Notes: a model not told the origin generated them from the sequence alone. A stretch of 63,986 nt of DNA, filler included, from Fonticula-like sp. SCN 57-25 (GCA_001724245.1; 3 parts of 3 records of this genome joined end to end with filler, not necessarily neighbours in it), one strand, 5' to 3'; counted from the first letter of the whole stretch, positions 37,669 through 50,373 are shown. A program made the numbers and translations.

Positions 37669-39125
37669 CTAAGCTGACGCCTTCTTTATAAACTTTGCGT
37701 GCTGCGCGACCTCGGGATTCTTGTCCTTGCAGGACGTCTTTGCGAGCCGCTCGCACAGTTCCGTCTGGTGCGCGTCCTTCTCCGCCGCCTCGTTCTTTGC
37801 AAAGAAGCGCGGCACATTGTCCGGGAGCGGCCCGGGCGACGTGTACATGCTGGTCTCCTCGAGCTGCCTCTTTTGTCCGACGGCGACGTCGGCCTCGAGA
37901 AGCTCGTGCGGGCTGCACCCGCAGGGGTCCGTCAGGCACACGCTGCACCTGCCCGACGCCTCGCACGGGACGACCATCTCAGGCGACGCGACCGCGGTTG
38001 GCGGGGGGAAGAGCGACTCGTCGAGCTCCACGTGCACCTCAGCGGGCAGCAGCGGCGAATCGGTCGCCTGCGGGGCGAACGCAAAGTAGTCGCTCGGCGG
38101 CACCGCGCTGGCGGCGAAAGAGGCGGGCGTCGTCGCGGGCTCGGGCACGACAATCGACGTCCCCGACGAGAGGAGCGCAACCACGGGGTCCAGCTCGGTT
38201 TGGGCGCTCGCTGGCGGGAGCAGCGGCTCAACGGGCGTAGCGCCATTGTCCTGGAACAGGTAGTCGCCGATCACAAAGCGACCAGAGGGGTCAATGTGCG
38301 ACACAACGGTATTATAAAGGCCAGTGTTTGTGATCTCGGCGCGCAGCTTGCCAACATTAACGGGAGGAGACTCGGGGATCTCGATGCTCTCGTCGCTCCC
38401 TTCATCATCGCCGCTCCACGTATTCTGGGGCGAAGGCGTCGACCGACTGGCCAGTTGTCAATACACAAATGATAGCCTCCAAGGAAAAGCGTACTTGGCA
38501 AAGGCAAGAAGGCGCGCGTTCTCGGCCCGGAGGGCTTCCATCATTACGCGCATCTCGGTGTTCTCCTGACGAAGCGCCTCATTCTTATTCAACTCGTTCA
38601 TAGCCTGCTCAAGCTGATCCTCGAGCGACTTTACGTAGAGGCGCTTGCGCTCGCGGAAAGCAACCTGAGCGCGGTAGTTTTGCTCAGTGCTGTACAGAGA
38701 GAAAAAAGAACCACGGGGTAAGCATAGGAGCACAGGTAGGCATAGCATCGTACCGGCGCTGGGAAACGGCCTTCTTTGAATTCGCATCATTCGCTACAAA
38801 GCAGCAGAAAGATTAGACAACAGAAAAACCCCGAAAAGACAAAAAACCTCAGCAAACGGCACAGATCAAAGCGCTCATTTTCCCCAATTTTCGTACCTTC
38901 CTTAGATTGACGTCCCTTGGTCGCTGTTCCATTGGCTTCGGGAACCGCGGCCGCCGCACCACGCCGCGACTTTGACGCAACCTATACCGACGAAAACGTA
39001 AGCTTTCCGTGCAAGCAAAATCAACATGACACGAATATCATTCACTGCATTTACAGACCAACAGCCAATTCATAGACGCCTTTACGAACCTCCTCTGCGA
39101 TTTCGTGCTTCACCGGGACCTCCAT
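37669..39125 (-). CDS. Yap1/Pap1-like bZIP transcription factor with Cys-rich C-terminus
   Basis: Five exons give the basic region RRTEQNYRAQVAFRERK, a zipper (YVKSLEDQLEQAMNELNKNEALRQENTEM), CEASGRCSVCLTDPCGC and terminal TELCERLAKTSC. Confidence 0.8.
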
Positions 39126-39422
39126 TGCAGCAGCGCGTGCTGTTTGCTTTGCTCAGACCCCCGTGCGAATGATGGGGGCTGCTATTTAATCCCCCCTTGC
39201 GGTGCACACGTTCAACCAGTAAGGACGGGGGGATTCAAAAATGTCCCTCCGAATAGATGACGTCATGCGTTTGCTTGGCAAGCGACGAGACCTGGCACAA
39301 CAGGGTATAACGCAAGTTTTACTGTATGGGCGCAAGCGCATGCGGGGCACGCGCGCTATGCGACTGTAGGCAGAATTGGATGTACACAAATATATGGATT
39401 GTACTATTTATTCACAAAAGTC

Positions 39423-40968
39423 TCAGCGCCTCTGGAGGATCTTGTTGACGTAGTCAACGAGGTCGTCGACGGCCACGCTGGCGCCCTTGTCCTCCTTGTT
39501 GGCCATGAACTTTACTTTTACGACCTTGTTTTGGAGTTCCTCCTCGCCAAAGAAGAGAGCGACCGGGGTACCGGTCTTTTCGCACTGCGCAAAGAGATCC
39601 GAGAGCTTCGGCTTGCGCTTGTATGTAAACTCGGTCTCGATTCCGGCCTCCCACAGCTTTGACGCGATCTGCATGCGCTCCTTCATAAAGCCTTCTCCGA
39701 TGACGCCGATGAGCACGCTGGTGTCGTTGGTGCGGATGGTGGTGAGGTTCTTCTTTGCCTTGGCCTCGATGATGGCAAAGATGCGCTCGACGCCGAGGCT
39801 GAAGCCGACGCAAGGGATCTGGTTGCCGCCAAACATGCCGACGAGGTTGTCGTAGCGGCCGCCGCCGGCGACGGATCCGACCTCGGCGCCGATGAGCACC
39901 GCCTCGTAAATGACGCCCGTGTAGTAGTCGAGGCCGCGGGCGAGGCTCATGTCAAACACGACGTGGCCCACCTGCAGGTAGCTCAGGTACTCTTCGAGCA
40001 GCAGCAGCTCCTGTACACCCTCCTTGGCGCGCTGGTTGGCCATGAACGTGGCGTCCTCAGAGAGCGACTGCAGCAGATCGCGCCCGCCCTTGCGGTTCAC
40101 ATACTCGCCAATCCGGTCCACAACGGCCTCCTCAATGTGCTTCTGCTTGATGATCTCCTCGCGCACAGCCTTCCACGGCTCCTTGTCAAGCTTGTCAATC
40201 GACGAGCACACCGCCCTAAAGTTCTCCTCCTGAACGCCGCACACCTCAAAGATGCCGTCGAGCAGCTTGCGGTGGTTCACCTTGATCTGGAACTCGCCAA
40301 CCTCGAGCTGGCTCAAAGCCTCATACATGATGCGAAGCACCTCGGCATCGGGAACCATCGGCTCGTACACACCGGCAATGTCAAAATCCTGCGGGGGCGC
40401 GTCAGTATGCGTAGCATCAACTATCCCCCTCGTACGCATTGAAAGAACTCGCGCAGGCGACCGCGCTGGATCTGCGGGTTGTCGCGGCGGTACACCTTGG
40501 AAATGTGATACCGCTTGATAAGCTTAATGTCCTTATTCATGGCCAAGAAACGCGCAAACGGAACGGTAAGGTCGTAGCGCAGCGAGCACAGCTCACCGCC
40601 CTGATCCTGCAGGTCGTAGATGAGCTTCGAGTCTTCTCCGTACTTGCCCGTCAAGATCTCCTTGAGCTCAAAGACAGGCGTGTCGATTGTCACCGCGCCG
40701 TGGCGCTTGAACGTGCGGACGATCGTCTCAAACACCTTTTGGCGGATCGCCATCTCTGGTGGGGCAAAGTCGCGCGTGCCCTTTTTATAGAGTGTCAGCA
40801 GGGTAAACATGACCGAGCCAATGGACAGGTGAATCGCACCTTGGGCGTCTTGAGATCATACTTGACGCCTCCCTTCTTCTTGGACGAGCCCTCCGCGGCG
40901 CCCTTGGCGGGCGCAGCAGCAGCGGGCGCAGCAGCGACGGTCGCGGGCGGCACGATCGAATCAGCCAT
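39423..40968 (-). CDS. HARS: Histidyl-tRNA synthetase
   Basis: [78 protein letters not shown]. Confidence 0.97.
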
Positions 40969-41086
40969 GGTTCTAGGCGATGATGTTCGAGGGCCACGCA
41001 GAGTTGATGACTATCTAATCAGCATCGCTGACAATGGTCAAGCCGTTACTCTGCCATTCAAATCGTCGAACGCGCATCTCGGCATC

Positions 41087-41801
41087 ATGGCGACTGCGAC
41101 GGCAAAGGCGCAGGCGGTGACCCTGCGTGGGTCCACTGACACGGTTGTGGAGTTTTTCGAGTACAGCATTTACAACATTTTGTATCAGCGCGCGGTCTAC
41201 CCGCCGCAGGATTTTTCGGTGGTACCAAAGTACGGCCTGCAGCTGCTCGTCAGCATCGATGATGGCCTCAAGGCGTATCTGGCGGACGTGCTCAAGCAGC
41301 TGAGGGGTGCGACCTTTGTTTGCTATATCACTTATAGCTCACTTGTGTGCGGCATGCAGACTGGATCGGGAAGCAGATTGTGGAGCGCTTGGTGCTTGTA
41401 ATCTCCAATGTGGACACCGGCGACGTGCTCGAGCGGTGGCAATTCGACCTGCTTGTGCAGGCGACGGAGGAGCAAGTAGCGTACGCCCATTGACGCAACA
41501 CTTGACTGTGTGCTGACAATGCTTGCGTAGCGCTCGTCCCACGCAAAAGACCGACAAGGAGATCCAGGCCGAGATCCAGGCAGTCATGCGCCAGATCACG
41601 TCCTGCGTTTCGTTCCTGCCCGTCCTGGAGGACCGTTGCTCGTTTGACCTGCTTGTGTACACCAAGAACGACACATCGGTGCCGACCCTGTGGGAGCAGA
41701 GCGACGGGCGGTACATTCAGAACTCGGAGGTCGTCCGCCTCCGCAGCTTTAGCACATCCATTCATCAGATCAACACTGCCGTCGCTTACAAGACAAATTG
41801 A
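41087..41801 (+). CDS. MAD2: Spindle checkpoint HORMA protein Mad2
   Basis: VTLRGS, ILYQRAVYP, KYGL, LERWQFD, IQAEIQAVMRQITSCVSFLP, VRLRSFSTSIH. Confidence 0.96.
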
Positions 41802-42092
41802 GCCTCACCCAGGGTATAGTATGACATAGTATGTAAAGTATAAGTTGAGTAAATGAATAGCAACATCTGCATTGATAATTAAAACTACCCTAATGTCCCT
41901 CAATCTCTATTGGAATTACCTAACTGCATGTGCGCCCTTTTCGCGTGAATGGCAGCGCTAAGAGAAATTATTATATTGCAAAGCATATCAACATGTCGCG
42001 AAATACACTATTTTCGACATTGCAAAACACGACACTTTTTTCGCCAGAATTTACGATACCATTTCTATCGCCCTTCCCATCAATCTCTTTTA

Positions 42093-43726
42093 CTATTCAG
42101 CGGCTGGCTGCGGACGCGACCCCGGCGCGCGGCCCGACCCCTGGGGGGCGGGGGACCTGCGCGGCTCACGTGGCCCGTTAGTCTGGGCATTGCTGCGAGG
42201 CGCGGCGCGCGTCTGTCCCTCTGCGCCGTGTGCGCCACCGCGAGCGCCGCGGCCGCTTCCGCCCTCACCGCGGGGGCGCGGCGGGCGGTCGCCACGGGGC
42301 TGCTGCTCACCACGGGGCTGCTGATCGCCGCGCCTGCCGGGCTTCTGCGCGCCGACCACGCGGTGACCCCTGCGCGAACCTTGCGTGACAAACACCGACT
42401 CCTCCTCCTTGGCATCCGGGGTGGTCGCCTCGACGTCCGCGTCGCCCGCGGCCTCGCTCTGGACAGCGTCCGACTCGGCGACCGGCTCGGCGGCGAGCGC
42501 CGCGGCGGGCTCCTCGGCGGCGGGCTCGGGGCGGCCCAGCACCTCGCTCTCGTTCAGGAACACAAACGGCGCCTGCTTGAAGATGGCCTCAAGGTCCTCC
42601 TCGGCCTCCTCCTCTTCCTCTTCGAGCGCCTCCTCGAGCGCCTCCTCGAGCGCCTCGAGCGCCTCTGCAATGGCCAATGGCGTGTGAGGAAACGACCGCA
42701 AATCGCCCAGAAAAAAGTTTCGCACCCTCGATCGGTGCGCCCTCAGCGTCCTCGTGGGTCATGATGACAAACTCGTCGATGAGGTCGGCCTCGGCTACCG
42801 CCGCGTTGAACTGGCGCGAGCCGCGCACCTTGTTGAGCAGCTCGATGGCGTCGGCGTCTAAAGACAAGCAGGGTGAGCGAGCAGCAAAACGAAAGAACGC
42901 GGCGGCAGGGACGTACACGTGCTGTCGCCAAAGGCGGCCTCGTCCGAAGACGCGAGCAGTTGGGCGAGGTGCGAGACAATGTCGGACGCGTGGGCGCGGG
43001 AACTGCGCAGCGGCGGCTTAGCACAGCCGGACACCCATAGGGCAGCGAGCGTACCCGTGGTTGCTGTCAAACGCGGGGAAGACGGCGTTGTAGAGCATGC
43101 TCAGGAGGATGGCGTCGCGCTCCATCAGCGGCTGAGCATGGAACATAAGCACACGGACCGGCATCATAAAGGAAAAGCGCATACCAAAAGGCTCAGCAGC
43201 TGGGCGCCGTTGCTCGTCGCCTGCAGCGACACAATGTACAAGAGCTCAACGAGCTCGGCGGCGCGTTCCAGGAACCGCTCCTCCTGCTGCTTCTGGAGCG
43301 CTGCCTCCTCGGCCTTGCGCTTCTTGGCCGCCTTCTTCTCCGCCTTGGCGTTCTATTCAAGCCAACAGTCAGCAGGAGCAGCGACCAAAAGGCAAGCGCA
43401 CCTCAAGCTCCACAAGCTCCATCGCCTTGATGATCTCCTCGTACTCCTTGAGGGTCGCCTCAGTGGCCGGTTTCCGCTTGATCGACTCGAGCTGATCGGC
43501 ATTAAGCTTTTTGCCGGCCTTGGCCTCCGCCTCGGTCAACGCAATTTTGGTCTATAAAAAGAGAAAGGGCAATTCGTAAGAACCACGGAGTGCTGCGCGA
43601 AAAGGCGCTGTTTCCCGCGCATACCAGCTTCTTGCGCATAGCGCGAGCCTTCTTTGAGACACACTCGATAAAGGGGTTCTTGTTGGCGACATTGTCGTCC
43701 TGGCAAGGCGTGTCAGCATCAGCCAT
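42093..43726 (-). CDS. Caprin-1-like (HR1 coiled coil plus RG-rich tail) RNA-granule protein
   Basis: FIECVSKKARAMRKKLTKI...AGKKLNADQLESIKRK resembles Caprin HR1 (KKLRNLEKKK...GERLNQDQL). It also has an acidic linker, PFVFLNESE and an RG/RGG-rich C-terminus. Confidence 0.65.
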
Positions 43727-44196
43727 GCAAATAGGCGTCTAAACGCACCACAACGGGGGCAGCAGCCGCAGCGGCAGTGCTCTCTTCAACGTCCATGCCT
43801 CCGAAAGCGACCGCCAAAGTGCCAACGCAGCGATGCAAAAGTGACTGCCGCGTCGCTGCTTGAAAATGTCGCATGCGACTTTTCATCCACCAATCAGATT
43901 GCGCGAATCGTTGTCTCGACCAATGGAAAGTGGACCTTGCAGGAGGGAGGCATCAGTGCATCTCGAAAGGCAGAGCAAAAGTAACGATTCTAAGCATGCC
44001 ATATGCACGGCCCTGTTGTCTAGTCCACACGAGCGGTAGTGGGCATACAAAAGCTTTCAAAAAAAGGTCCGCGGCATCCTTTTGCCTGCCTTTGCCCGCG
44101 CTTCTGCTGACACCATTGATGTCATCATTTTCAATCACGTGACATATTGCGTGGACCGGGCGGCTTTTTCCCTGTTGGCCTTTTCCGTCTGTGGAG

Positions 44197-45379
44197 ATGG
44201 CGGTCCCTGCGTCGAACGCTCCGATGTCGGACAACGTGCGGGATCTACCTCGCGATCATGTTGTCAACAAGCTAATGTGTTTGTTTCCCCCCTTTTTCTT
44301 GTTGCGCCGGTTGTAGACGCTCAACGCGCCGATGAAGGCTGGCAAGAACCCTGTCGTGTCTGTGCTGGCCGGTGGTATCGCTGGCGGCATTGAGATCTGC
44401 ATCACGTACCCCACTGAATATGTATGTCTCGACACTCTCCTTGTTTGATATTAACTTGCCCTTCTTTCGCAGGTCAAGACGCAGCTTCAGCTTGGCAGCC
44501 GCTACACCGGCCCTCTTGATTGCGTGCGCAAGACGATGAGCCAGTACGGCCCGTTCGGCCTGTACCGCGGCCTCTCGACGCTCCTTATCGGCTCGATCCC
44601 CAAGGCCGGCGTCCGCTTCCTTGCCTTTGAGGAGTACAAGAAGCTGATCATGGACAAGGACGGCAAGATGTCGCCCGGCCGTAACTTTATGGCTGGTCTC
44701 GGCGCTGGCGTGACCGAGGCCATCCTGGTCGTCTGCCCGATGGAGACGGTCAAGGTGCGCCTCATTCACGACCAGACGCAGGCGGTGCCCAAGTACAAGG
44801 GTCTCTTCCACGGTGTCAAGACGATCGTCGCCGCGGAGGGCATCGGTGGCATCTACAAGGGTCTCACCACGACCATCCTCAAGCAGGGATCCAACCAGGC
44901 CATCCGCTTCTTCGTCTTCAACGAGGTCAAGAGCCTCTTCCAGGGCGGTACGCAATATTGTTTAGTGTTTTCGTTGTGTTTTGCACACCCTTTCGCGGTC
45001 ATTTCGCTAACACCTCGTGTGTCATGCAGGTGATGCCAACAAGGCCCTGCCGTGGTACCTCACCATGGCCGCGGGAGGCATCGCCGGTGGCGCGTCCGTC
45101 ATCGGCAACAACCCCATCGACGCGGTCAAGAGCCGCATGCAGGGTCTCAATTCGTCAAAGTACAAGAACTCGCTCGACTGCGCCATCCAGATCTACAAGG
45201 AGGCGGGCGTCGTCGGGTACGTAGCTTTTGCGACATACATCGGGATCACTGACCGAACATGATTTTCCAGATTCTACAAGGGCGCCACGCCACGTATGGT
45301 CCGCGTCGTCGCCGACGTCGCCATCGTCATGACGCTGTACGAGTACATCACCGACTTTTTGGAGCGCTTCATCAAGTAA
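44197..45379 (+). CDS. Mitochondrial citrate (tricarboxylate) carrier, SLC25A1/Ctp1-like
   Basis: Three carrier repeats [23 protein letters not shown] and [11 protein letters not shown], plus [10 protein letters not shown] and [10 protein letters not shown] typical of the citrate carrier. Confidence 0.92.
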
Positions 45380-45722
45380 AAAGCTAGAGCGAATCGGTGA
45401 CGTTCAATTTTCTGCACCTGATGTCTCGGTAAATAAAGTATTACAGCAGTACTAGACACACGCGACAGGGAATAGGGCGCGTATTTGCTGTCTGTCGACG
45501 AATGGGTAATTATCTTTATAAAGTCTGAGGTTTCCTACTCTCGATGAAAGTGCCAAGTGACAAGAAATCACAAGAAATGCTGCAAAAAATGCAAAAAATG
45601 CAGCAAAATGACCAGAAACGACCGAGAATTCGCAAAATCAACGTAAATCAACCAAAATGGTCCCAGAAAGACAAACAAACACTCGTCGAGTGTCGCATTG
45701 ACGTCACGTCACCGTTGCCGCC

Positions 45723-47891
45723 ATGTCGACGGCCAATGGTGTCGGCGACCTTGCGTTCCGCGTGAGAGTGGTAGAGCTGCACCAGGCCACTCTGCGCGTC
45801 GCCTGTGCGCTCTCCCTGCTCCTTGTCTTTGCTCTTTCTCACTGTCGCGTTTAGCCGTGGTCCTGTTGGCCGAGCTGCAGGCGTTTGGCGCGCCCGAGCT
45901 CAAACAGAGCCGCGAGGAGGTGCTAGACGAGGCCGGGCCGTGGCGCCACGAGCTCGACTTTGTATCGTCGCGGGAGCATTTTGATGAGCTCATCTTGACG
46001 CTGCGGGTATGGGATTCCGGCTCGGTTGGCCGCCACTTTCTCGGCCAGGTAAGCCTCACCGTGGCCGAGCTCGCTGCCGCGCCGTTCTCTGCGGCAGAGG
46101 AGACGTGGTATTTACTGGAGGGATCGCACAGCGACAGGTGCGTACTTTGCCGCCCTGCTATTTTATTGCGTGCTGATGGTATGCAACAGGGTCCCGCGGC
46201 ACATTCGCCTCAAGGGCGGGTCGATCAGCCCCGCCGAAGCGAAGCCTGCCTCCGCCGCCGCTGCTGCCTCGGCCGGCTCCTCTGCGGTCTCGTCGCCGCT
46301 GGCACCGACACCGTCCACGTCGACCGACGTCCCAATAGAGTCGCTTTCATTGCGCGGCGACGGGGGCTCGCGAAAGGGGCGGCCGGTGGGCTTGCTACAC
46401 ATCTCGCTGCTGAACGTGCTCAACGTGCAGCCCGACGCGCCCTTTATCGTCATTTCGTACGGGAAATGCACATACCGCACCAAGGTACGCTCAAGGACAA
46501 ATGTTTATTTGTTGCTTTGGTATTGTTTTTTTTTGCCGCGAATGCCCATTTTGGTTCCTTTTTTGCGGCTTTCTTTTTATTACTTTGTCTAACCGGCACC
46601 TTTTAGATTATTCGCCGCGACAAGCCGCGCACGCAGCAGCAGACGCTTCAGTTTCTTGTACGCGAAGGCCAGGTCCACCTGCCCGTTCGCTTCGCCGTGT
46701 TTGAGCGCCACCTGCTGAGCAGCACGAACGAGCTTATTGGCGCTGTGACGATCCCGATGGCGGACCTGCTGGGGAACGGCTCGCGCGCGATCGACACTCA
46801 CCTGGAGCTGGAGCTACGCAAGCCGTCAAAGTCGTTTCGGACGGCGGCGGTGCACCTAGTCGGTCGCTGCGTCGAGGCGGCCGACATGCGCCAGAACGTG
46901 TGGACGCACCTGACGCTGGCCATGGGCGGCGGTACGCATTTCAAAGCCGCCCGCCGCATCGCGCTAACCGATTCGCAGACCGCGTCTCGCCGCTCGAGGT
47001 GTGGGCGCTGCTGCAGGCGATGGACATTGTGCCATGCGAGGACGACATTGACCGTCTCATTGAGCTCGGCCGGAGCGACGACGACGCGTCGGGCTACGTC
47101 GAAGCCCTCAACGGCATCTTTAACGCGCTGTTTGACCGCGGGATGGAGGAGCCGTCCGAGGAGCTGCTGCGCATGGCGGTGGCGATGCCGACGGACCGGC
47201 CCGCCATGCCGTCGCCGACCGCCGCCTCCGCCTCGTCGTCGACGACAAGCCTGTCCGGCGGCTCGGGCTACGTGCTGGACGACGTCAACGAGTTTGTCCT
47301 CGGCGGCTTCCTCACCGAGACACACGCGCGAAAGGGCCGCTTCGCTCGCATGATCAATGTCGTCACGAACGGGAGGTACGACATTGGCGCCGACAGTGCA
47401 AACGTCATTGTCGTCGACCGCGCCACCGGCCAGCTCATCGAGGAAAAGATCCCCGTCTACATCAGGCTGTCCATCCGCGCCCTCTACAAGAACAAGTTTA
47501 GCACCGTCAGGAAAGGTACGAAAGCAAAGGGAGATTGCGCGCTCGCTCACAAACGCGCGCAGGGCTCGACACAAAGCTTGTGAGGAAGCTGTTTACAAAC
47601 CTCACGCTGCGGCAGGGGAGAAAGTACAACGACCCAAAGAGCGCGCAGGCTATCCGCGGTACGCCCCGCGCGCCCCCGCGCCACATTCTTACCAACTCCC
47701 ACATGGGCATCAATAGGGTTCTGCAGGTACCACAATATCGATCCCGAGACATTTTTGAACCCCATCGAGTCATTCAAGACGTTTAATGAGTTTTTCTATC
47801 GCAAGCTGCGCCCCGGGCTGCGGAGCGTTGCGTCGCCGGACCCGCGCGTGGCGGTGAGCCCGGCCGACTGCCGCCTCATGGCGTTTCAGAC
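45723..47891 (+). CDS. C2-domain phosphatidylserine decarboxylase, Psd2 type (3' end lost at spacer)
   Basis: Two C2-like regions (VWDSGSVGRHFLGQV; PFIVISYGKCTYRTKIIR), GGFLTETHA, EEKIPVYIRL, QGRKYNDPKS, FKTFNEFFYRKLRPGLR, SPADCR. Confidence 0.9.
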
Positions 47892-47991
47892 NNNNNNNNN
47901 NNNNNNNNNNNNNNNNNNNNNNNNNNNNNNNNNNNTTAATTAATTAANNNNNNNNNNNNNNNNNNNNNNNNNNNNNNNNNNNNNNNNNNNN
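47892..47991. other. Artificial contig spacer (N44-TTAATTAATTAA-N44)
   Basis: Same design as the spacer at 28167. Confidence 0.97.
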
Positions 47992-48306
47992 AGGATAACC
48001 TCGGTCGTGCTCGCCGTGATGGTCACCATGCGGTCGGGCAGGTGCAACTCGTCATTCTGGCTAATGTGAACCTTGGCGCCCGTGCGCTGCGTCGTCTCCT
48101 TGATGGTCGCGCCGCCGCGGCCAATGATGGAGCCAACCATGTAGTTGGGCGCGAGCAGCTTGAGCGGTAGCTGCAGCGAGGTTAGCATCGCAGGGCCGGC
48201 CACTGTGTGCAAAACGTACCCCATGGGGCTGCTGCGGCTGGCCGTCATCGCGCTCGTCACCGGGATGGTGGTCGCCATTCAGCGACTGGTTAGAACCGAG
48301 ATTCAT
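47992..48306 (-). CDS. KH-domain RNA-binding protein (NOVA/PCBP/IMP-like), 5' fragment
   Basis: LPLKLLAPNYMVGSIIGRGGATIKETTQRTGAKVHIS...DRMVTI with the GxxG loop; truncated by the spacer. Confidence 0.85.
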
Positions 48307-49396
48307 CTTTTAAAAATACCCTCAAAAAATGCCGCTTAGCAAGCAAGCGGGTTCCCAAAATTCGTCTTCAAAAACCGCGACGCTGCCAAGCTCGCTGCCG
48401 TTCTCTTGCACTTCGCCGATGGTCGACACGGGGCAGAAAAACTCCCAGAGGCCAAAGTAGACGACTAGCTCGCCCCTTCCTGCTACACTAACTTGAAGCG
48501 CACAATTCGCTCCCTCGCCTGCTTACCAGAGTGGCACCGCTTCGTCTGTCTAACGCCCTCCGTGTAGACCGCCTCGCAGACGTGTGCGCAAGGACAAATC
48601 GCCTGAAAATGAAGACCAAACGAAAAAACTAGTTATTCATCCACGTGGGTGCGGTTTGTTGTGGGCGATCTTTTTGATCCCGAATAGGAAGCCCTGATGG
48701 CCAATCACACGACGAGGCTGCCGATGAAGCCTGCGGGGCAGGCAGAAGGCGACGTTCGTCGGTACACAGAACAGCGGGCACGCGCAGCACAAGCACTCGA
48801 GTATGCTCAAACGGTGCGTCGGGTATGTGTCTTCAGCCAAGACGCTGTCTGCGAGGAATTTGGGACTGTTCAGGTGGGGGCCCAGCCTTGTAGGTCTGGG
48901 CGGAATAGGGAAATTGCTAGTGGAAAAGGATGATCGAACGGTTCAGGCGGGCCTGGCCATAGAACACTTTATGGAACGACCGGAAACAACGTAATTGGTG
49001 TTCGGCTTCTAGATGGTGTGGCTTTTACGCCTTCCTCGGGCACTTTGTGCGAAAGGAGGGGCTAACAAACTCGGCCTGTCGTAGACTTTCCACGTGCTTG
49101 GCAAATCAAAGTTGCACCATCTGATTTAGCTCTATTTGTGGACTCGTCTGACCGCGGCCAATCAAAATCAATCAAAATGGACCAATCGATCAACTTTGCA
49201 AATCGAAGATGAAACGATGACTGTACTTTACGGTAAGATTCCCACGATCCTCGTCAATCTTATATCGGATATGCGGTGGTCACTTCGACACATACATTGG
49301 CATAAAATCGTACAAAAGTCTACACGTGCGCGCGCGCCCTCCAGCAACAGCCAAATAACATTCTACAATAATACGTGTATAATTATTCAAACATTG

Positions 49397-50296
49397 CTAG
49401 CCGATCAGCTGGTTGCCCGCCGTGTTAGACACGCGCGTCTTGTGGTCGGCCGGGTTCGCCGACGCCTCGTACACGGAAACGACGGGGTTCCGGTTCATCT
49501 GACGGCGCAAATGTATTTAGTGGATGAAGGTTGCGGGAGAACGTGTCGCGTACCGGCCGAAAGTCGCCCTTGAGGCCAATGTACGTGATGCGCGTGAGGT
49601 CGGCTCCATGGTTGGCGTCGAAAAAGATGGTCAAGCTCGAGATGCCGGTAAACCGTGCAATCCTACGCAAAACATCCAGGCATAAGACGGAGTTGTGGGT
49701 ATATAGAGTGAGGCGCACCTCGTGTTATAGTCGGCACGGCCGTCAATGTCCTCGAGCATGTCAAACTCTTGCAGTGGCGTCATGCCCTCCACACTATCAA
49801 AGTCAATGAGCTCGTTGTTGGCATATCTAGGCAAGTGTAAGTCAACAAGTTGAGCCAAAGCTAATTGTACGCACAGCTTCATGTGGCTCGGGCACGCGCC
49901 GTCGCGGCCGCCAATCACCTTGATTCCCTTGAGCGTCACGCTCCCAGTAAAGCTAACGCCCGGGTGAGTACTCTTACGAGACAACCCTGCATTCCGTACG
50001 GAATAAAGAGGATAAGCTGCTCGTCGGCGTCACTCTCGATATACTAAAGCGCGCTGTAAGTAGCACGGTCATACCGCAGGCACGCGCACCTGCGTCGTGT
50101 CGAGGCGCTGATCCCACGGCTTGAAGACGGGGACCTGCCCGGCCGACGCGCTGTTGAGACACCTCACCCGCGGCGTATCCACACACTTGTACAGGCTGTA
50201 TTCCGCGCCGCGCTCCCATGACTCGTGGTCGTGGCCGCCGTGGCTGTGCCCGTGGCTGTGGCCGTCGCCACTGTGCTCATGCCCGCATCCGCTCAT
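49397..50296 (-). CDS. PITHD1: PITH domain-containing protein 1
   Basis: His-rich N-terminus, SLYKCVD, VFKPWDQRLD, ESDADEQLILFIPFTGSVTLK, TRITYIGLKGDF, YEASANPADHK. Confidence 0.9.
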
Positions 50297-50373
50297 TGCA
50301 GGGACAAAACTCGCGTGCGATTTTTATAATTGTGACCTGCGATTTTGCTAGCAAACTGCTAGTTGACAACAGG

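Noticed and set aside
41011..41013. Possible TAR-to-Gln genetic code reassignment suggested by the TAG upstream of HisRS
   Set aside because: TAA and TAG end many genes at the expected positions (UBE2J1, LigB, SUMO, Rpt6, HUWE1) and do not occur inside conserved exons.
48840..49095. Fragments resembling RNase P, MRP or SRP RNA motifs (GGGAAATT, AAGGAGGGG, AACAAACTCGGC)
   Set aside because: The required P4 pairing partners and the SRP helix-8 motif are missing.
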